From: Kondoa subrosea
Lineage: Eukaryota
Direction of reading: 5' to 3'
Assembly: GCA_039545335.1 (NCBI GenBank)
Contig: BCIN01000002.1
Coordinates: 124,001-188,000, forward strand
Length of the DNA stretch: 64,000 nucleotides
Shown: positions 1-12,725 of the stretch, piece by piece
Layout: every line of letters begins with the position of its first letter
Numbering within the stretch: position 1 is the stretch's first letter
Translations under genes and position numbers: made by a program
Notes under the pieces: generated by a model
Database searches by the model: none
Seen by the model: only the letters and a program-made list of their open reading frames with translations
Told to the model about the DNA's origin: nothing

Positions 1-722
1 CTGAGACTACCTCTTGCGAAATAGTCACCATTATCTCTTCTCACACAGGAATTGTAGCACTGGAGAGACTCAGCAAGGAACAGAGGAAGGCCAAAAAGAC
101 CCTTACTAAATCACCAGTGGTGAGAGCAACTGTGTTCTGTGCGGGACAAATCTGAGTGGTGATGCCAGCGGTAGCTTGTTGATAGTTCAATTCGCCCGAA
201 TCGCCGTCATATTCGCAGTAAACTGTATCTACTGACCCACCGCTAGCGGCTGTGCATCATCGTTTGGTCAATGCTTGTTGCCATGTGTCAGCTGGGTTTC
301 GCGTACCAGGATTCAGTCGCTGGTAGACACATAGGACCAGGTTATGTTTGTTGGGGGTCTCGGCAGCGTATTTCTCCGCGGCTTCAAACGACTCTGTGAA
401 CGACAGGAATCAACTAACTATCGTCGAACACCGGAAGCAAACAAACGCGCAAAATCTTGGCCAATATCGGGGCATAGAATATATTGGCTGGTGGTCATTG
501 TAGGAACAGCAGATGAGCCGGCTTGTCTGGCAGTCAAACGTCTTGTGCCACTTCGAATAGCAGCGGTGTCGACCTGCACAATTTCATTTGACGATGCAAG
601 GAAGACGATTGAAGTAACCATACCTGACGCTTTGCAATGACATGGGCAACATCGTCAGTTGATAAAGCATTGCTGAAGATGGCCACGTTTGTGAGAACGG
701 CGAAAAGAAAAGAGAAATGCAT
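1..722 (-). CDS. Secreted cysteine-containing hypothetical protein, multi-exon, 3' end beyond the window
   Basis: Signal-peptide-like start MHFSFLFAVLTNVAIFSNA at 722, then KR. GT-AG introns join exons ...VLCVYQRLNP, ...TVYCEYDGDSGELNYQQ...QICPAQ, CYNSCVRR; the frame runs off the window edge. Confidence 0.6.
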
Positions 723-1077
723 AGTATTAGTAAAGAAAGTGGATGCTGTGTGAGCGTGATGTATATAGAGGAAAACTAGTTTAGCTGTGGAACGAAGAAG
801 AACGGACGACAAGCCTCGACGGGATGTGAGGAGCACGATGCTTCGACAAAACAACCTTGAGCAATCATGGGTCTAACGAGAAACGCGCCAAGGCGGGAAA
901 GTGTTCTTAAAGGTCGAATATAGTTTGAAGCTATCTCCTCGCTTCACAACAAATCCATCTAGGTTGAGGCCGGCCCAAGCTGTGCGATTCGCATTGAAGG
1001 CAGCCGTCAGAGACATTCTTGAAAAAATTCTGGATGTCGTCGTGTGCGGAGCTGAACTTGCATTTGGGGCACGTAGC

Positions 1078-2021
1078 CTAAATCCATTGAGTCAGAACGG
1101 ACTCTACTTGATGAGATGAGAAGCCGACATTACTTACAGCTGGAGTTGTATGATTCCCTCCAAGTATCGCCGCGTGTTGGTTTCTGGTCGGACGCGGACT
1201 TGGGAGTTCACCAGGTCTGATTCCATTCCAATTGTGGATATAATGAAAAGCTTGCGGATTTTCGACTTTGTGGTAACCTCGAAGATTATGCTCAGGGTGG
1301 TAGTTGTCCGGATTGAATTTAGGATGATACCCAGTGGACGCAAAAACCTGGTATCCAAACTCATTGCTTTTAGCATGGTGAAGGTGAGGATTATGTAGAG
1401 GATGAAAAGCAGTCTTGTTCATAGACGGATGGAAAGCCTCTGGGTTTTTGAGTGGATGGAAACCTTCTCTGTTCAAAACTGGGTGATATTATGTTGAGCG
1501 TGTACTGGATGATACCCCGTAGGGTTGTCTGGTCGCCATAAATCAGGGTCAAATCAGCAAGTTCTTTCCAATTGATATTGGGATTGAAGTCAGGATGAAA
1601 AGCCACTTTGTTCAATTTTGGGTGGTATCCTTGAGGGTTCTTCTCTGGATGAAATTCATTTGCGTTATACGTTGGATGGAAGTTGTATGGGGAATGAATA
1701 GCATGGTAGCCTTTTAGATTATCTGGCCGCCAAGCATATGGATCTTGAAGCTCGATCTTCTTGTAATATTCATGTTGAAGCCTCATCTGAGGCTCCTCTG
1801 CTGCCATTCGATCTGGTGAGCGAACGAGTTTAGAGAATCTGCCATCTTCTGCTCGAATAGAATGAATAGAATGGTCACCGAAGGCGAAGGGAAGAGAATC
1901 TTGCATAAAGATAAGTCTATTACTCTCCAAAACCGTGGATGAAGGAGGGTAAAAGCTCGATGAGAAGATCTCTTCGTAATGGCAAATGAGAAGAAAGGGA
2001 CAGCTGGAGAAAATAACTCAT
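1078..2021 (-). pseudogene. His/Pro/Asn-rich 9-aa repeat protein (x[FY]HPxxNxx), frameshifted: pseudogene or assembly indels
   Basis: About 14 repeat units spread over three reading frames. Frame breaks near 1995, 1552 and 1488 have no GT-AG intron to rescue them. The 3' end is uncertain because a possible gtaagt donor lies near 1137. Confidence 0.55.
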
Positions 2022-2352
2022 GAAGGAGTGATGAATGCTCAATGCGAAGATAAAGCTATTAGCTGAGATGCTAAGGAGATTTTCACAATAGCGGGAGTGC
2101 GAGAGAAGTGACTCGGAGCTGTACAAAATCTGGCCTCAGCCTAGTGAAAGCACAGACAGAAGAAAAGGAATGAAGTCAGCAATATACGAGCAGATACAGA
2201 TCTAGACAGGCTTCGGCTCACTACGTAGGCGATTGAGGAAGAGACTTGGAAAACAAAATCCTGTAACTTACAAAATTTGAAGGCACGTCATGGGAAATTC
2301 AAGGCTTCTTTCTTCGCCAACAATATCCCTCCAGCCCTCACAATAATCAACA

Positions 2353-2843
2353 ATGGCAACACTAATAGGCTCCTTCGTCCAGCTCTTCACCACAATTCTT
2401 GTTCGTTCAAGCGACGGTTGTTTTCGCTCGGACTCTTTGAGCTGACATTTCATGCTAGGCTCTCTTCGGAAAGCTCTTCAAAGACTTCCTCGGTCTCTTC
2501 ACTGGCATCCTTGCCTTCTTCCTCGGTCTTGGTAACGCTTTCATTACTTTCGTGCTACGTGAGTCTTTTTACACGTCAGGCTGCAATGAGAGCACGAGCT
2601 CATGTGTGCTGTAGAGAACACTCTTCTACTTCTTCTTGTTGGTGGTGGATATGCTGGTCAGTCGAAATCTCACATTCGGTATTTGTTCTTGCTAACCTCA
2701 TCACTGAATTGACAGGCTGGATCTACAGTAAGCCTCAAAGTTTATTGACTTGGAAGTAGATTGAACGTGTTTTTATAGTTCAACAACAGAATGCATCAAA
2801 GACTCGTGCAGGAAATGTACCGGCGGTCAAGAAGAGCACTTGA
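2353..2843 (+). CDS. Small hydrophobic membrane protein (~88 aa, 5 exons)
   Basis: Four canonical GT-AG introns give MATLIGSFVQLFTTILALFGKLFKDFLGLFTGILAFFLGLGNAFITFVLQNTLLLLLVGGGYAGWIYIQQQNASK...KKST*. Not in the ORF track. Confidence 0.7.
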
Positions 2844-2962
2844 GTTGTCATAGCGTAAAATTCAAGGAATTAGGTCAAAGGCGCACAACAATTGTACATA
2901 ACTAATATGGAAGCATGCAAGGAAAGCCAAGCTTCGATCCCACAAGCAATTTGCAAAGGGTT

Positions 2963-4706
2963 TCAGTCAGTCGGCATATACATTCTCATGTGTCTATCTA
3001 TCAAATCCCCGATCTTCATCCTATTCAACATCTGTTCTTCTATGTCTGCTCTCTGTTATACTGTCAGCTTTGACCCAATTTTGACGTGCACACTCACCAA
3101 AGCGAACTGCACTCCTCTGCTCAACATACTGAACAGCTCTTTGTAAGGCTCATCAATCTTGAAGACTCCTCTTCCAGTCAATGCTGCATTTACCATCTTC
3201 TTGATCGTCTGATTCGTGCCTCAGCTGCTGTCCCGCTTTACAGGCGACCCAAAAACTCACAGCTTTATTCGCCTCCTTGATCGAGCCATCAGCAGGTTGT
3301 ACGCTCACACTTCTTCTCATCGCAGGTATCGTAGGACTTCTAACAAAAGGTAAATCAGGTAATTCATCAGGATATTGATCCAATTCTTCTTCCTCTTGTT
3401 CCATTTTCACTGGAATCGTAGTTTCTTCCATTTTCGCATCTTCTTCCTCTCTTTCTGCTATCGTCATATCTACAGGAGGAGGAGGAGATGTTCTCATTCG
3501 TTTACCTGCTCTACCTCTTCCGGGTGTGGGAGGAGCTCTTTTCGTCCCTCCAATCCCAGAAGAAGAAGTAGAAGAGGGTTTCGGTTGAGCAGCAAAAGGA
3601 TTACGCGCTGAGATTGTTGGTTTACTAGGTTTGGAGGCAAAGATCGCTGCTGAGCTCGATCGGGAGAAAGGACGAGAAGCTGTTGGGCCAGAAGAAGAAG
3701 AAGAAGAGGTTTTGGTAGTGTTATTGAGTGATAAGACTGGTTGAGAAGCTGAACGACGTAGTTTTTGCGCAAAGAGAGATTCTAGTGACCAGGTTCGAAT
3801 CTAATATATGAATTACAGCACTGAACGTACCTCTTGGTAAAGGATCATCTGGTCGAGGTGGTCTGACTTTGGCTTGAATCTTACGTCGAGCCAAGCGCAG
3901 TACCAAAGCAGCTGGATTATCTGTAGAAACTGAAGCGTAAAGAATGATGTCCATGGAAGCATCGACCGAGTCTGGAATTCCGCGCTCAGTGAAACTTGAG
4001 CGAAGCAAAAGCCTAGACATCTACCTATCGCTTCGCCCAATGTGAAGAGTAGACCTCGAGGTGACTTTCCATCAGAGTCGACCTACCTGATCCATCAATA
4101 ATGTATTGACATACGGAGATCAAACGCACCTCATCGAGACAAAAGCGCCCTTCGAACCATCTTTTCGTAGCAAGACATCTCTCATCCAGATAGACACGAA
4201 CGTCCATTTCTTCGGAAGCAGCTTGATCGATCTCTACCTTCTCTTTACCCTTCTTGAGCAATTCAAAGCGACTTTTTGTTCCTCTTGAACCTTTGGAAGC
4301 GCTTGGGGTAGCTGTGGTAGCCAGATCTACGGTTCTTTGGACTACTAGATCTTTATGCCGAAGCATCTCGAGATCTAGAAAGAGATCTGTAGCGGTGTTG
4401 GAAGTAGCATGAGGTGAGAATGGGTCTTCAACTTGAGGAGTAGAAGAAGAAGAAATTGTACGCAAAAGACTGGGTCGTTGAGTTGATGAAGAAGACTCTG
4501 TTGAGACAGGTAGATGTGCTACAAAGGCAATGCCTGAGAATTCTCAACTTCAGCATTCGCGCACGAAATTGGGTGACGCGAAACTTGGTCTCACCGTGTA
4601 ATTTGGTTCCTTCCACTGATAGACTGCCTCTCCAGAGTAGTCTGCAGTCATTTGGCTTGCTTTTGACGCGTGAAGCAGACGAGAAAGGCCCATCTTGTTG
4701 TGACAT
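2963..4706 (-). CDS. Sld7 C-terminal domain-containing protein
   Basis: N-terminal RLLWRGSL, central RPPRPDDP motif, and spliced C-terminus IKEANKATIKKMVNAALTGRGV...YKELFSMLSRGVQFALR...IDRHMRMY resemble basidiomycete Sld7_C proteins. Confidence 0.7.
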
Positions 4707-5019
4707 CGATCACTTGTGCTGTTCCCTCACACCAAGGTTTGACCCAGAACCAACTGTGCTATTCCACTATACCCTGTATTGATGCATCGAGTTCCCGACA
4801 GTACACGCTGATGTTCTGGCTTTGCCCTGCTCTCCGTCGATGGAAGGTTTGAGTTGACTTCTAATTCCATTCAAAAGTTTTTGCTATCTATTGTCTCGAG
4901 GTCTTCCTTATCTGCTTAAGTTTCGCTATCTTGTACTTTGTGCCATCTCATCTGGCTGCGTTGTCTTGACTATGTCATTCCGATGATGTCTTTCGATTAT
5001 CTGCTTTGCGCTTCATGTC

Positions 5020-6354
5020 ATGGCTGCACCTATACCGATCGAACTGGCTTCTGATGGAAGCGGTATGACTGCTTCATACACTAAACGATCAGCGCCAGTC
5101 TTGATATGGTCAATTGCCTTAATCCTGATTGGTCTCTTTTTGCTCGCTTATACAAAACGGGGTTGGAGATTGACAACTGGCACTGGATTAGGCTTAATCT
5201 GCGCTTTGGGTGTATGGGGAATATTGGTACGTTGCACCTGTCTCTTTGCGAACGGAGCTATGCTGACATTGAAAAATAAGATTGATGCTATGCCTGCCAA
5301 TCGAGTCTATGGCGATTCTGTTCTGGTTTCTGATACGATCATCGCAATAGTCACTATCGCTAGCTTCTTATCAGGCGGCATCATAGGCATGGTTTGGCTT
5401 TGGCCAGTCGGTATCGTCTGCATTGGCGCCAGCGGTGGCTTTGCTTTCGCTCTCAGTATATGTTTGATGGTGGAAGATGCTATCTTTGTGCAAGATTGGG
5501 CAAGATTCGTCTTCATCGCGTGAGTACTGATCGTGATCTCGCATGTTGGCTGATCGCGAGGCAGAGTCTGTTCCGTTGTTGGCATAATATTAGTCATTGT
5601 GCTGCTCAATTATGCTATTATACTGCTGGTGAGTGCTATGAACATGGATGTATTCGATCTGACGCATTAACAGGGCGCAATATCTGGATCTTTCTGCTTA
5701 TTTCTCGCAATCGATATCTTATCAAACGAAGAGAATGGGTTGTCGCTTGGCTTGAGGTATATCTTGGATCAGAATCATTCTCATCAAGCCGTGAGTCACA
5801 CACTTGATTACTTGCAAACAATCGAGTGATATTTTCCCCATAGGGCTTGAGTTCGTATTCCCCTCGAGTTTCCTCTCGAATCTTCCTAGGTCTTATGTGG
5901 GCTCTCGCGTAAGCTTCAGCTCAATACACATTTCTAGACTAATGATATCTTTAGTCTGATCGCATCTGCTGCCCAGTTCTATCTCTTTCCAGGCAAATTT
6001 ATTCCTGGAGGCAAACATACTCGACCAATTCCTCGTGCCAAGAAAGCAACAAGGAGAGTCAGCACAATCTCTGCAGCTCCTTCAACAGTTATCATTCCTA
6101 TTTCGCGTCTTGAAGAAGGGGAAGATGAAAATCAAGATCTTGAATCCATTACTTCGCACAACTCGGATACCAGTGTTTCGCCATCGGCGTTCTCGAATAT
6201 CACGCAGCAAGTTAGATCCCAATGGGCTGGAGCGTTGAGTCAATACAGCAATATGACGGATCTCGCTTCAAGGAGAAGTAGTATCATGAGACCTTGGCGT
6301 GTGCAAGATGAACAAATACCGCCGCTGCCGCGATTACGAGTGATGAACGAGTAG
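5020..6354 (+). CDS. DUF4203 (TM7S3/TMEM198-like) multi-pass membrane protein
   Basis: Several TM helices. Motifs LIGLFLLAYTKRGWR, CIGASGGFAFAL and GAISGSFCLFLAID appear after splicing. An in-frame upstream ATG at 4972 is blocked by TGA. The 3' end is approximate. Confidence 0.7.
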
Positions 6355-6507
6355 GGGTCAACGCGCATGGGAGAGTCTGGTCTAAACAATACGGCTAGTA
6401 ATGCAAGACGATAATATCAATAACGAAAATAACGAATATAGATGCTATGATGCCTAGAAATCAATGCAATGAATGTAATGCGGAAATGCTGGAATTAGTG
6501 ATATGCT

Positions 6508-8765
6508 TTATGCGGAGACGGACAGGAAGGCATTCACTGGCGAATGCTGAGCATGTAATGCCATATGATGTAACAGAAGCTTACATAGGATGCTTTTCAA
6601 GTCCACTAGAAGCAACATTAAGCGAGTCAGCAGCGTATGTAGTCAGACAGCTCACAAATGTTTTCTGCTTTGTGTTTCTGCTGATCGGCACTGACTGCCA
6701 TAATGCGATCGAGAGAGTTTTGATTGACGAAATCACAAGCTATGGCATAATCAGGACCGATCCTAATCACTAAGGCGCAGACATACCTATTTTGATGCAA
6801 CGATGGAGATTGCAGACTTGATGCAAAGCATGAGCGGGAACAACGACCATATCGCCGACTCGCTGATATATTTCGTAGCTCTTGATCCCGAAAGATGCTA
6901 ATATCTGACGATCATTTTCATTAAGGTAGCAATGGGATTCCCAAAGCGGATCATCTGCTGTTCTACGATATACTTCATATGATTGAGAAGAATTGAGACT
7001 GAGATAGGCTTTACGATAAAGATAGCTTCGGATAGCTGCTGTATGTTCAGGCCGGAAGAGATGCCATAGGGCGGCTGGTTCTTCTTGCTCCGCATCTGAC
7101 CAAACCGCAAGGTTGACCGCATCGCTGACATCGCAGTGAATGCGAGTGGTACCTCTGCTATTGGGGTCGCCAGGATGAGCGACATAAATCTTAGGTCCAA
7201 TATCAGGCTTGTTGCGAGAATGGGAGACGAGGTTGAAGATGCCATTTGGATGTAGATATCGCGAGACAGGTAAAGCTTGAACGAAGTCGGCAAACAGATC
7301 TGGTCGAGCTTGAGCTAGTGTTTGGTTGATCGGCCAGTCCTACAGTATTGATCAGGGATATCAAGACCACCGAAACACTAGCTGACCTTTAATCGCCAGG
7401 CGATCTTGCTTTTGCCTTTAGAAAGGTTGTCAAAGAATTCACTTAGCTCGACGCGCTTTGAAGGTAATCGCCCGTCGATCAGTTCACTACCCTCGATGGT
7501 GACGAATTCATCGCTTTTGAAGCAATCAGGATGCCAAGACAAGCACAGCTCTTCTGCGACGTTCTGGATAACAAAAGGGTTACCATCGAGTAGCGAAAGG
7601 AAAAGAGAAGAGTTGGTCTGGTGCTTTGGTAAAGATCGGAGTCCGTAAGTAAGTGAAGTTCCTTCCGAATGCTGAACTTGATCAAAGTTGGCAATCTGGA
7701 TCACCGGAATGTTGAATTGACGGCGAGCTGTTGCAAGCATTTGCAGCCAGTCTTGCAGCTGATCTTCAGTGACCGAGGTAACTCTGATCAAAACATCTTC
7801 TGGCTCATAAGTACAAGGACAACTTCCGTCTGACAAAGCTGGATCGATCTTCGAAGTCGAGCAAGCTGCATTGGTGCAGTCAACACAATAGTCTCTGATG
7901 ATAAATTCAGAAAGACAAAGATTCTCTTTAGCGTTTGACGTACCTTCCACACATCACACAAAAGTAGGAAGAGATGAAAATGGAAGTTTGACAAGAATCG
8001 CAATAGACTCGATGGTCAACGCTCGTGCGATGAGCAAGAATAGCTTGTGACGGAGTTCGGATATGATCAAGAGCTTGCTTGATAAGGTGTACAAGTCTTG
8101 GGCTGACAAACGATCTGATAATATCGGCTGATTTGCGCTGAACTGGCTGAACAACAAAACCATCGTATGGGGCACAAGCTGAGGCTGGACTACCGAATGA
8201 GACGCAAGGCGCGTCAAGTGCAGAGATGTTGCTGCTTTCGAAACATCTGAAGTCGACAAAACAGCAATCTTTGCTTGATCCTTCTTCGCAGCTGCAAGTT
8301 TATTCAGATGATGTAGCTTAGCGATCACTACAATAGTATGACTCACCAATGACACATGCCAAAGCAAGCCAACAGCTTCATCGATAACTCTAAGCAAACG
8401 ACAGGTTGTAAAGTATGGAGCTCCGCTTGTTGAAGTGACAAAGCCGACATTGTATCTGCTGGAGGTGACGAGGCAGATAGAGACAGGACGTCCAAATCCA
8501 TAAGAACGCCAGAGGATTCGCGCTTCAATGTCCCATCTTTTCGACAGGAGGTCTTTTCTCTCAAGACTGGTAATGGCTCAAGCAGCAGGACTGTAGGCAA
8601 GCAGTTAGCATGCACAGAGTAAGATCTTTGAAGCTCACTGTTTGGGCGACGCGAGGATAGCTTTGGTCTTTTGTTCATATCTTCAGGGTTGATGGATTCC
8701 GTTCTATTTCGCTTTCTTCGAGACTGACGTGAGATGCTACGTATAGGTGAACTGGCTATATTCAT
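6508..8765 (-). CDS. KDM3/JMJD1-like JmjC histone demethylase with zinc finger
   Basis: Zinc finger CDSCQTSIFISSYFCVMCG|RDYCVDC. JmjC motifs LK|DWP, PDIGPKIY, GTTRIHCDVSDAVN (HxD) and VPAHALHQVCNLHRCIKI|ACDFV. Confidence 0.85.
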
Positions 8766-9059
8766 GTTGTATATAGTATAGAGCTTCGAAACTTGCTCCA
8801 CAAGATGTGATTGGTTGTAAAGGGCATTCGTGGTCTGAAACGAAAGATGAATTTGAGGAATTCAAATTGAAGTTGTGGCCATGTACGCAAAAGATGCCTT
8901 TTGGTAGAGATTTCAGACGCATGGAAAGAGGTGTCAGACCTGGAAAGTACGCGTTGGCTTTCAATTCGAGCGGACACAAAGCAAGAAACACACCTCCTTT
9001 GAAATGCCCTTCGAAGCAAACCCAAAGCAGGACACCTATTCTTATCATACTTCTGTCCC

Positions 9060-10197
9060 TCACACTTCATATTCAGTTTGCCAATCCAATTTACGTCCGT
9101 TGAGCGTGACGCTTGTCAGCTCTGATGGCTCATCGGCTTTCTCTTCTTCTCGTATAGACTTGAACCACAGTACAATCTCTTCGTCCTTCAGTTCCGAACC
9201 CTCAATAGCTATCTCCTCGAATGCTTCAAAGTGTTTACCTAAACTCTTGAACAATCCTCTTTGAATGTACTTGTTATTCCACTGAATACCATGGATCTCC
9301 AACACCTCTATACTGGTATGATTGCGGCATCGCTGAAGTAGAAGGAACAGATCTGGGTGCCGTTCGATATTGATAGATTGAGTGGTTTTGCTAACTCGTC
9401 CGCAAAAGAACGGAATGGAAGAAGAGTAGTTGAGAATATTGACAGTGAGGTGTTTAAGATTTGAGAAGGGATGTGTCGCTGAACAGAGAAATTGAGCCAA
9501 CCGACGCCCGGAAAGTTTTGATGCACATAGAGAAATAGTCAGGTATTGTAATATTGCTTGCGAAGATATCAGTAAAGTTTGGAGATCCCTTTTGTTGACC
9601 AGAAGCATGTCTAAATTGAGTGTATGCAGACGCAGCTGCACTGAGGGGAATATTGATGTTTCAGGATACAGAGCTCGAAGATTTCTGATGACCAGCGAAT
9701 TCAATATATGGGCCTGCGGTAGTATAGCACTGATAATACGCTTGAGACCTAGACGAGAAACATGCTGGGAATCAATCGAGCAGCTACATCCGGTCAAGTA
9801 TAGTTCGATCAGAGCAGAATAATCGATATTTGCCGGGACAGATGGTAGAGTATGCTTGCGGTGTATAATAATTTCCAATCTTGTTATTAACTCCTTGATA
9901 CCTTGCAAGCTGTACAGAGGTGCCAAGGTGGTTTCTGACTTGATGCATTGTAAACCGAAAGAAACAGTGTAAATTTCTGAACAATCTTCCGTCACTACTC
10001 TGACAGCACCTGTAACTTGTCAGCCCAAATGTAGCTGTCCAACTGAACTCACCTAGCTCAATTGCATCTCGCTTGAAACGCAATTTGAGTGATCCAAGCT
10101 GATCGGATGCTGTCCATCCATGCAATTGACTATCAGCAGTCTCGAGAGGTAGCGCTTCGACCCAGAATTCTAATCAGATCACTTTAGCTTCTTGCAT
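9060..10197 (-). CDS. Hypothetical leucine-rich (LRR/RNI-like) protein
   Basis: A 311-aa terminal ORF with LxxLxL patterns (LHTLNLD, LQYLTIS, LKHLTVN, IEVLEIH). Two upstream introns link it to ATG 10197. Confidence 0.6.
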
Positions 10198-10526
10198 GAA
10201 TGTTTACTTTTTCTCCACCTTCTGGCTCTGCATCTGACGGAGCTCTGACAGGTTGAAATGTCTTGCTACCGCATGTAATATGGTACTGCGAGGACTGGTG
10301 CCGTCTCATCTGGAAACATGGGAATGGTGGATGTGATTCAAAACAAGAAGTATACATATATACAGGTGTGGTATGATGCTTGGATACGACGCCTTCGCGT
10401 GTTATGATCTAGCTCTTGTCGTGGCTGGTAGTGTATGGATTTTGCTCCATGACGATTCTTCAATGATCTTCATCATCTTCGTAAGCGTTTTTGCATAGGT
10501 TCTAGGTTGTAGGCTCTGTTCCTTGC

Positions 10527-10845
10527 TTATTCCTTGGAGCTAAAGGACAGCAGGTATCAGCTTAGCTACATGGTACGCCGACAGAAAACATACGATGTAT
10601 TTGAACCTCCAAGTAAACTACTGCCAACCCCAATAGCTCCCAAAGCTAGCACAGTATTGATCGCATACTCTATCAAGATTGATCAGCTCCTTCCTGCTTC
10701 TAATCTAATTGCCCTTACTGCCATATCTTGCCATACCTGTCGCAGCTTGAATTTTACCTGCTCCCGGTACAGCATTAATCATCTTTGATGCAGCTTTGTA
10801 TTTTACATAGGCTGATCCAGCATTTTTGAGTAATCTAGGAATCAT
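10527..10845 (-). CDS. Small basic protein (~71 aa) with one hydrophobic segment
   Basis: Two GT-AG introns give MIPRLLKNAGSAYVKYK...GKYAINTVLALGAIGVGSSLLGGSNTSSKE*. Confidence 0.5.
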
Positions 10846-11161
10846 TGTTGTTTCTTGATGGGTTGTTGAAGAAGAACAAAGAGAGGTTAGGAAATCGTCG
10901 ACACTTACAGGAACGCGCCGGATATTTACCATGTCTCGCGGCGCGTCATTAGCAAAACAAGGTCAAAAGCATTCGCGATGGCAGAAAGCACTGCACTGGA
11001 GCATACGTGTGAAGAATCCGTGAAGGCATGTAGAGAAGTAGACAGATCCTCAAGAATAGCGAAGAAATGAACTGAAGATGAAGGATTCTGGGTGACGCAC
11101 AGCCAAGGTTATATCATGCAAGGTGATCATACGCATACTCAGAGACCCATTTCTTCATTCT

Positions 11162-12463
11162 TCAGCTTACTTCTTTTCCCGCCAAAACGCCTTCAGGTAC
11201 ATTTGTCAGAGTAGTGGTCTGAGCCGCTCTTTCGAGTCGTTGTGCAGCTTTGATGTCCTTGACTGAAGCGATCATAGGGATATCATCGTCGTCAAGGACG
11301 AGGGAACCTGAAATATTCCTGACCACGTCGACTTCCTCTGGTGAATCTTTGGCCGCTTCTTCGGCTGTATCTTCAGGTGGGAAAAAGAGTGGAACAAGTT
11401 CTTTGTAGACCTATATTACTTATTAGTCTTGGCATATGCACTCTTCTCATGTATTTACCTTGACATCCTTTTCCAAGAAGATACAGAACAAGACGAAATC
11501 AATCTATACCAGACTAGTTAATCACTGGTCTGTAATGTTTCAATTTCTCTCACGCTTTCTCCCTCTGTAGAGCCCAGGAATTTTCGGACTGTATCTAAGC
11601 CGATCAGTGCTGCCTCTCGACTATGAAACAGATTAGTACTGGAAATGATTTCAAGGCATAGCCTCACTTTGGGTAGCCATAGATGCCAGTCGAGATGCAA
11701 TTGAAGGCCTGTTATCGTGTCTTAGCTGTGCGGTCGGTCAAAATAGCACGACAGACTTACTATCGATTTTAAACCGTTCCCCACAGCAACTTGCAGACAT
11801 CGTTCATAGCAGCTCCGTAGACTGATGATGTATATATAAGTTCAAACATACAAGCATAGAAATCATTTTCGACTCACTTCTCTGCATCCTCTGGTTCATC
11901 ATGAAAGACAGGCTAAGCAGAAACTAAGCTTTCATCATGGAGAAAGAAAAGTAATACTTACACCAACTGTATGAATGATGTGACGAGCAGGAAGGTTGTA
12001 GCCTTTCGTGATCTTCGCATCTCCTGTATCACAGCCTTTCAACCCTCTGCATTCATCTTTCAACTCTGGACCAGCAGCAGAATGAATGGCTGCCACAGAT
12101 CAGTTTCAGCCCAGCTGACGCTTGGAAGCCTACCTCCGTCGACGCCTAAAACAAGCGAGTCAGCGGATTGACACAATCTTAGCAAGATACTGACCTCCCC
12201 CGCCTAGCAAACTCCTGTTCGCAGCATTGACGATACTATCCAGCTCAAGCTTGGTGATATCGCCTATCATGATCCAAGAGTCAGCATGCAAGCTCGTGTA
12301 CGTATCAGTCATCTGCTTGACCTTTCCAAACTCCCACTCGTTCATTCAGCTCTGCAGAGTGGAAGAAAGACGCTTGATCGTCAGCTGCAGCGAGCCAATC
12401 GTTGGCATACAGCTGAGTAACGGTGAAGTCTTGTTTCAAGTTGCCGAGCGTGATGATAGCCAT
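11162..12463 (-). CDS. Macrodomain ADP-ribose glycohydrolase / O-acetyl-ADP-ribose deacetylase (MacroD-like)
   Basis: Spliced motifs [60 protein letters not shown] and [13 protein letters not shown]. Confidence 0.92.
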
Positions 12464-12725
12464 TGCTGTATCTTCGATTTGTGCGCTGATGTGTAAGACA
12501 GTGGGTATATACTAGCTGTCTGTGTATACCGTTAATGTATGCAAGGCCTGGTACAATCGTTTGTTGACAAGATGGTGCTCCAAAATGCAATCGCGCTAGA
12601 GACCCTTCCAGCGAGACAAAGATCTTGTCTCGCCTGATTACCTAGCTTGCTAATATAGATGCCCTTGTCGACCCTCCAATTGCATCAATTGCAGATGTTG
12701 CGAAGTTGCTGATGTAATTAGTGAG

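Noticed and set aside
2277..2759. 160-aa plus-strand ORF and the acidic minus-strand frame with several TGAs (possible readthrough)
   Set aside because: Better explained by the spliced membrane-protein gene 2353-2843; the TGAs mirror TCA triplets.
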